From positions 352,001 through 416,000 of the forward strand of contig CBDCFN010000016.1 in assembly GCA_965216315.1 (NCBI GenBank): a stretch of DNA of 64,000 nt, in the 5' to 3' direction. Positions 58,253 through 64,000 of this stretch are shown in pieces. The translations under genes and the position numbers were made by a program. The number at the start of each line of letters is the position of its first letter. The stretch's first letter is position 1. This stretch comes from a bacterium. GTDB lineage: Bacteria > UBA10199 > 2-02-FULL-50-16 > JAJFLM01. A model generated the notes under the pieces. The model was not told the origin of the DNA, did not search any database, and was given only the letters and a program-made list of their open reading frames with translations.

Positions 58253-59938
58253 ATGGTAAGATCACTAAAGAGCCTAATAGTAGTTATAATGATTTGCGGT
58301 TGTAGTAAGGGGGTACAACTAGAATACAATCCTGCGCTTACGTTCGATCAAGATGTATATCAGCGCTCTGAACCTCCAGAGTCTGAAGAGATCATTTCTG
58401 ATAGGTTGGTCATGCCTCCAGTTGATTGGAAAAACAATCATTCTGCAACTCTTGTGGATGAAGAGGGTATACAGGAACAAATTGAAGGCGTCGTTTATGT
58501 AACGGAGACTCAAGCGGGAAAAACAAAATTTTCAGGCTGGAGTGTTTACCCCGTTTTATCCGTTATTAACACGGCGTATCTGGTTACTGGGAGTTCAAGC
58601 TATTTGGAGCGATTCGTTGAACTATTCCAATATTTTCTTAGTGTTCGAATGGATAAACAGGGAAGAGTTAGTTTTGCCGGTGATATCAAGGCGCAATGGG
58701 AGCGTCAGGATAACTATAATATATTTTCAGTAAGTCCTTACAAAGACTACAGCGCTGTTGATCAAGATACGCTGATGAACGAGAGAGGATGGTATAGTCT
58801 GTATTTTTCTGATGTGAACTATAGTGGTCTCTTTGTAGATCAGATGCTGCGTTTCGTGCAAATTGTGAAAGAGAATAATCTTGATCAATATATGGATGTT
58901 GCAGAGCAGATGATTTTAGAGTCTGTCAAGGTTATTGAGTCTCACAAAGCTGATTGGGTACCGATAAGTTCTGATGAGGGATATTATATTTTTCCAAAGG
59001 GGTGTCCTTTTTTTCTCGATGGGGTTGAGATGCCTATCAATGAGGCGGCTATTTTTGGCTCGGCTCTTGTGCGTCTGTATTTGATTACAAATAACGATAA
59101 GTGGTTGGACCGAGCAAAAGCAATGTGGACACATTGGAAGAAGGCCTTTGCTCTCGATGAGTATGGCTATATTACCTATCCTTATGTGTTGGGTGATTGG
59201 TATGAAGGCTGGACTGAACAGGATACTGTGAGCGTAAACTCTCCTAGTGCACCGCCAAATACACAGCATGAAACTTTCCATAAAGCCGCCTTAACTATTA
59301 ATTTCATGATTCTTCTAGAGCGTGCTTTGCCGGGTAGTACATTTGATTATTTAGTTGAATTTAAGAAACTTATTCTAGCAGCTCAGTCGATGGGGGGAAC
59401 TGTCATATCTCAGTACCCTTCTATGCTAGGCTTCGGGTGGCCATTAAATACTTTCCATGCACTGCCTCCCTATTACGCGGAAGGTTGGGTTGCACTAATG
59501 CACGACAATGAATTTTTTCAAGAGGGTATCCATCGCTACTGGTGGGTACAGCAGCGGAATAATGAAATCAGGACAAATCTAAACTATGGGAAATTGCTAG
59601 GAGCTGGTCCTCAAACTATAGAAACGAATAATGCGACTATATATCCGGACTTATTTGAGGATGAGGTGGGGGATTGCCAGATTTTTGAACTGCGGTCCTC
59701 TGTGGCTAAGATGACATTCGCTCATTCAACCCCAAAACATAGGACGCTCTACCTGTATGTGAATAAATCATTAAGTGAGCGAGTGCGCCTCGACATAAAT
59801 GTTGATGAAGGCACGTTTTCATCTATTATATATGTTCCCGCAGAAAGATGTATTTTATTGAGCTGGTTGCCAGAAGATGAGCATGGATACCCATTAACGG
59901 AGGAAGAGAACGTATTACAGTTGATGCATGCTTATTAG
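58253..59938 (+). CDS. Hypothetical lipoprotein, possibly an (alpha/alpha)6 carbohydrate-active fold
   Basis: Lipobox-like ICGC; repeated AYLVTGSSSYLE and LYLITNNDKWLDRA helix-cap motifs. Confidence 0.5.
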   Translation: MVRSLKSLIVVIMICGCSKGVQLEYNPALTFDQDVYQRSEPPESEEIISDRLVMPPVDWKNNHSATLVDEEGIQEQIEGVVYVTETQAGKTKFSGWSVYPVLSVINTAYLVTGSSSYLERFVELFQYFLSVRMDKQGRVSFAGDIKAQWERQDNYNIFSVSPYKDYSAVDQDTLMNERGWYSLYFSDVNYSGLFVDQMLRFVQIVKENNLDQYMDVAEQMILESVKVIESHKADWVPISSDEGYYIFPKGCPFFLDGVEMPINEAAIFGSALVRLYLITNNDKWLDRAKAMWTHWKKAFALDEYGYITYPYVLGDWYEGWTEQDTVSVNSPSAPPNTQHETFHKAALTINFMILLERALPGSTFDYLVEFKKLILAAQSMGGTVISQYPSMLGFGWPLNTFHALPPYYAEGWVALMHDNEFFQEGIHRYWWVQQRNNEIRTNLNYGKLLGAGPQTIETNNATIYPDLFEDEVGDCQIFELRSSVAKMTFAHSTPKHRTLYLYVNKSLSERVRLDINVDEGTFSSIIYVPAERCILLSWLPEDEHGYPLTEEENVLQLMHAY

Positions 59939-59941
59939 ATT

Positions 59942-60925
59942 ATGAAACTTAAAGGAAAAAAAATACTTGTCATTGGCGGGGCCGGTTTTATTGGAAGTCA
60001 CGTAGTGGACCAGCTGGTTCAAACAGATGTCGCTGAAATCATTATTTATGATGATTTTTCCAGGGGGTCGATGAGTAATTTAGAACAGGCACTGCAAGAT
60101 CCACGCGTTAAGATATTCCCTCACGGCGGGAACATACTGCATGCAGATATCCTCGATAAAGCGATGGAGGGGGTCGACGGAGTTTTTCATCTAGCAGCTT
60201 TGTGGATTTTGCACTGTTACGATTATCCGAGGTCGGCCTTTGAAGTGAACATACGGGGTACATTCAATGTGATCGAGGCCTGCGTCAAGCATAACGTCGA
60301 ACGTGTTGTGTATTCCTCATCAGCTTCGGTCTATGGCGACGCACTCGAAATTCCAATGACGGAGGAACACGTTTATAATAACGAAACGTTTTACGGTGCG
60401 ACGAAGATTGCCGGTGAGCATATGTTTAAGTCTCTGGGTAAACGTTATGGGCTGAATTGGGTCGGTCTCAGGTATATGAATGTCTATGGGCCACGACAAG
60501 ACTACAAGGGTGCCTATACGGCAGTAATGATGAAGATATTAGATAGGCTTGATAGAGGCGAAGCGCCCATTGTGTATGGGGATGGTTCTCAGCAGTATGA
60601 TTTTGTCAGTGTCGAAGATACAGCAAGAGCGAACATTGCTGCGCTGAAAGCGTCAACTAGTGGTGAGTGTTATAATGTTGGTCGGGGCATTGGAACATCT
60701 ATCAAGGAGCTATCTGAATTGCTTGTTGAGCTTCATGGTGAAACTAAGGAAATTCAATATGAAGATGCGGGGCTTACGTTTGTTACCAATAGGATTGGAT
60801 CAATTGAAAAGGCACAGAAAGACTTAGATTTTCTATGGAAAGATGACTTGAGAGACGGCCTGGATCGACTTATGAGTTGGCGTAAAGCTACAATAGTAAA
60901 TGAGCAGTGCGATCGCGCTGAGTGA
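59942..60925 (+). CDS. NAD-dependent epimerase/dehydratase
   Basis: GGAGFIG, SSSASVYG, YGATK. Confidence 0.9.
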   Translation: MKLKGKKILVIGGAGFIGSHVVDQLVQTDVAEIIIYDDFSRGSMSNLEQALQDPRVKIFPHGGNILHADILDKAMEGVDGVFHLAALWILHCYDYPRSAFEVNIRGTFNVIEACVKHNVERVVYSSSASVYGDALEIPMTEEHVYNNETFYGATKIAGEHMFKSLGKRYGLNWVGLRYMNVYGPRQDYKGAYTAVMMKILDRLDRGEAPIVYGDGSQQYDFVSVEDTARANIAALKASTSGECYNVGRGIGTSIKELSELLVELHGETKEIQYEDAGLTFVTNRIGSIEKAQKDLDFLWKDDLRDGLDRLMSWRKATIVNEQCDRAE

Positions 60926-60983
60926 AAAAAACATCCCATTTAAATTTTTCAGCTCCTTTTTTGTTTAAAAGAATAAGAATATC

Positions 60984-62876
60984 ATGTGCGGAATAGCAGG
61001 AATTTTTCATCCTTTCAATAGTCCTGTTGAGCAGAAACTAATCAATCACATGACAGCTGCTCTAGAGCATCGTGGTCCAGATGGGTCGGGGCAATATTGT
61101 CACGGATCTATTGGTTTAGGTCATCGACGCCTTGCAATCATTGATTTGTCAGATAAGGCAAGTCAGCCTATGCCTAATGAAGATAAAAGTATCTGGATGG
61201 TATGCAATGGAGAAATTTATAATTTTAAGGAATTACGTTGTGAATTAGAGCAACGAGGTCACGTATTTAGATCAGGCACGGATAGCGAAGTTATAATTCA
61301 CGGTTATGAAGAGGAAGGGATAGGGTTTGTTCGGAAACTTAATGGGATGTTCGCTTTTGCGCTTTGGGATTCTAATAAAGAACAATTGTACTTAGCTCGA
61401 GATCGTTATGGCATTAAGCCATTATATTATTACTTTAATGGTAAAATACTTATTTTTGCTTCTGAAATAAAAGCTATTTTAAGGCACCCCAAAGTTTCAG
61501 CTGAACTTAATTGCAATGCTTTGAATGAATATTTTACTTTTCAGAATCTTTTTCAATACCACACTCTCTTTAAGGGTGTAAGCATCGTCCCTCAAGCGAA
61601 TTACTTTCTCTTTAGGCAAGGGCAAGATGATTTTGAGCGGCACTGCTACTGGGACTACAATTTTACCGACCGCGATGAAGAGATGAGTGAAGAAGAGGCT
61701 AGTGCTGAGACGTTGCGTCTCATGAAACAGGCCACAGAGAGGCAATTAGTGGCAGATGTGTCGGTTGGGGCCTACCTTTCAGGGGGAATGGATTCGGGTT
61801 CTATCGTTGCGATTGCGTCCCAGCAGGTTCCACGCATTGCGACGTTCACATGTGGTTTTGATATGTCAGAGGTAACAGGCCGGGAGGCAAATTTTGATGA
61901 ACGCCGAGAGGCAGAATTTATAGCAAGTCATTTTGGTACAGAACATTATGAGCAAGTTCTTGGCGTGAATGATATCGAGTGGGCGCTTCCCAAGGTTGTT
62001 TGGCATCTCGAGGATTTGCGTCTAGGAATGTGCTATCCCAATTACTATATTTCGCGGCTCGCATCAAAATTTGTCAAAGTGTGCTTGTCGGGTGCCGGAG
62101 GTGACGAGCTATACGGTGGGTATCCATGGCGCTACTATCGATCATTTAGGTCGATTGATAGAGAGGCGTTCTTTGAAAAATACTATTTTGAATGGCAGAG
62201 GCTGGTTTCAGAGGAGGAAAAGCAATCATTTTTCACAAATGAGACTTGGAATCAAATAACGGATAGAGACGTTAGGCAAGCACTAAGTCGAGTTTTTACC
62301 TTTAATGAAGAATTAAGATACGACAATCCGGAAGATCATATTGCCAATTCATTGTATTTCGAAATTAAAACCTTCCTTCACGGTTTATTCCTTGTTCAGG
62401 ATAAGCTCTCAATGGCAAATGGTTTAGAAGAACGCGTACCATTTTTGGACAATGACCTTGTTGATTTTTCACAACGCGTTCCAATTAGACATAAGCTAAA
62501 AAATCTAACGCATATGAAGAGGCTTGATGAAGACGACTTTCATAAGCATGCGCGTTACTTCAGTGAGACAGATGATGGGAAAAATTGCCTCAGGAGCGCA
62601 ATGAATTCATTATTGCCAAACTCTATTGTCAATCGTCCTAAGCAAGGATTTAGTTCTCCCGATGAGTCATGGTATCGCGGTGAAGGGATTATGTATGTCA
62701 AGAAGATACTATTGGATAAAAAGTCGGTTTATAGGGACTTTATCAATCCCGATGAAGTAAGTCGCATCATAAATGAACACTGTGAACTAAACATTAATCA
62801 TCGCCTACTTATCTGGTCTTTGCTTTGCTTTGAATGGTGGTGTCGAATATTTCTGCGGGGAGATCGGTGGATATAA
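60984..62876 (+). CDS. asnB: Asparagine-synthase-type glutamine amidotransferase (probably sugar amidation)
   Basis: MCGIAG, HRGPD, NGEIYN, LSGGMDS, SGAGGDE, KQGF. Confidence 0.9.
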   Translation: MCGIAGIFHPFNSPVEQKLINHMTAALEHRGPDGSGQYCHGSIGLGHRRLAIIDLSDKASQPMPNEDKSIWMVCNGEIYNFKELRCELEQRGHVFRSGTDSEVIIHGYEEEGIGFVRKLNGMFAFALWDSNKEQLYLARDRYGIKPLYYYFNGKILIFASEIKAILRHPKVSAELNCNALNEYFTFQNLFQYHTLFKGVSIVPQANYFLFRQGQDDFERHCYWDYNFTDRDEEMSEEEASAETLRLMKQATERQLVADVSVGAYLSGGMDSGSIVAIASQQVPRIATFTCGFDMSEVTGREANFDERREAEFIASHFGTEHYEQVLGVNDIEWALPKVVWHLEDLRLGMCYPNYYISRLASKFVKVCLSGAGGDELYGGYPWRYYRSFRSIDREAFFEKYYFEWQRLVSEEEKQSFFTNETWNQITDRDVRQALSRVFTFNEELRYDNPEDHIANSLYFEIKTFLHGLFLVQDKLSMANGLEERVPFLDNDLVDFSQRVPIRHKLKNLTHMKRLDEDDFHKHARYFSETDDGKNCLRSAMNSLLPNSIVNRPKQGFSSPDESWYRGEGIMYVKKILLDKKSVYRDFINPDEVSRIINEHCELNINHRLLIWSLLCFEWWCRIFLRGDRWI

Positions 62877-63730
62877 TCGTAACAGGCTCTACAGGCTTTC
62901 TTGGCCAGAATCTTGTAGAATTTCTTTCAGGAATAAATGAATGTAATGTTATTCCGGTTGCACCTGCAACAGGTTTTGATTTTCGGACAGATGATTGGTG
63001 CGATAATTTACCGTCGGCAGACATCGTTGTACATTTAGCGCAATCAAAAAAGTATAAAGATTTTCCAGCGTCGGCGGAAGACATTTATGCTGTCAATGTA
63101 TCATCAACGACAAAGCTTCTGGAGTGGGGACGCAAACAACAAATTAAGTCATTCATTTTTGCTTCAACCGGCAGTGTGTATAAAACGGATGGGAGCAGGA
63201 GCTATAAAGAAAGCGATATATGCGATCCGCAAAACTATTATGAGGCGTCTAAGCTGTGTGCAGAGCATCTAGTGAGCCAATATGGGCCTTTTTTCCCTGT
63301 CACGATACTTCGGATATTTAGTTTATATGGGCCACGGCAAGAAGGGAAGATGGTGCCAATGATTGTTAATAAAATTATGAATAATGAGAGCTTAGCACTT
63401 GCCCAGGGTGTAGGCCATAATTTCACGCCATTGTATATCGATGATGCTGTTAAGATGATTCAGTTGATAATTAGTAAAGGTCACCAAATAAATCTAACAA
63501 GTCCTCAAGTTCTAAATATAGCAGGTAAAGAAATAATAAGCCTGAGAGAAGTCGCACATATAATTGCACGTGAATTAGGAGAGAAAGTGACTATTGAAGA
63601 TATCAATGAGGAAGTTCGCTATCTGTGCGGTGATATATCAAAATTTAGGGATCTATTTGATTTTATACCGAAGTTTGATTTCCAGAGCGGGATTAAAGAG
63701 ACCTTGGCGAGTCGGTTGGCTGATAATTAG
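62867..63730 (+). CDS. NAD-dependent epimerase/dehydratase
   Basis: TGSTGFLG, STGSVY, YEASK; GTG start after GGGGAG. Confidence 0.85.
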   Translation: MDIIVTGSTGFLGQNLVEFLSGINECNVIPVAPATGFDFRTDDWCDNLPSADIVVHLAQSKKYKDFPASAEDIYAVNVSSTTKLLEWGRKQQIKSFIFASTGSVYKTDGSRSYKESDICDPQNYYEASKLCAEHLVSQYGPFFPVTILRIFSLYGPRQEGKMVPMIVNKIMNNESLALAQGVGHNFTPLYIDDAVKMIQLIISKGHQINLTSPQVLNIAGKEIISLREVAHIIARELGEKVTIEDINEEVRYLCGDISKFRDLFDFIPKFDFQSGIKETLASRLADN

Positions 63731-63742
63731 CTTCATAAACAA

Positions 63743-64000
63743 TTGTCGAAAAATAAGATATACATAACCTTTGATATTGAGTGGTCACACGATGAAGTTC
63801 TATCTGAGTGCATAGATCTGTGTGAAGAATATCGAGTGAGGGCAACTTTTTTTGCTACTCACGATACTCCCTTGCTTGATAGAATCCGGGCGAATCCTAA
63901 TTTTGAATTAGGCATTCATCCCAACTTCAATCCGCTGTTGGAGAAAAGCGACTCGGCTACGGATGCGGTCACATCAATCGATGGATTAAAGAAGATTGTG
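63743..64000 (+). CDS. WbmS-like polysaccharide deacetylase (CE4), 3' truncated
   Basis: Hand translation (absent from ORF track): ITFDIEW...ATFFATH...FELGIHPNF. Confidence 0.75.
   Translation, partial: MSKNKIYITFDIEWSHDEVLSECIDLCEEYRVRATFFATHDTPLLDRIRANPNFELGIHPNFNPLLEKSDSATDAVTSIDGLKKIV

Noticed and set aside
59942..63730. Naming the SDR epimerases wbmF/G/H
   Set aside because: Only generic SDR motifs are visible; orthology cannot be supported by eye.

Overview
Bacterial chromosomal window. Gene content (FHA-sigma54 activator, PEGA Ser/Thr kinase, Myxococcus/Chlamydia-style Sct proteins) suggests a deltaproteobacterial (Myxococcota/Bdellovibrionota-related) host; this is inference. (1) 1-8.5 kb: distal part of a non-flagellar type III secretion (T3SS) operon (SctK/FliG-like, sctL, N, O, P, Q, fliN, fliO, sctR, S, T) that retains flagellar traits. 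(2) 8.6-20.4 kb: a HExxH metalloprotease effector candidate, five unannotated proteins with variable N-termini and a related C-terminal helical domain, and two SycD-like TPR chaperones. The four large paralogues carry alternating sigma28-like and sigma54 promoters, and the sigma54 ones have a shared 18-bp palindromic enhancer-like motif. (3) 20.4-25 kb: convergent operon for a membrane PEGA Ser/Thr kinase and an FHA-sigma54 activator, the likely regulator. (4) 25-43 kb: housekeeping genes (yggT, proC, yggS, prkA-yeaH-spoVR, nfeD/SPFH, HD-GYP regulator, M16 peptidase, ligA, nadA). (5) 43.5-64 kb: AT-richer surface-polysaccharide locus with wzi/wza/wzz-like genes, an RfaH-like factor with an ops element, and a wbpA-B/D-E-I diacetamido-uronic acid pathway. 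Separately, four small palindromic elements are each read through by a mini-ORF abutting the neighbouring gene(s); two of these duplicate a gene terminus with synonymous-only changes. No rRNA, tRNA, CRISPR array or transposase was recognised. All calls are by eye, with no database searches.
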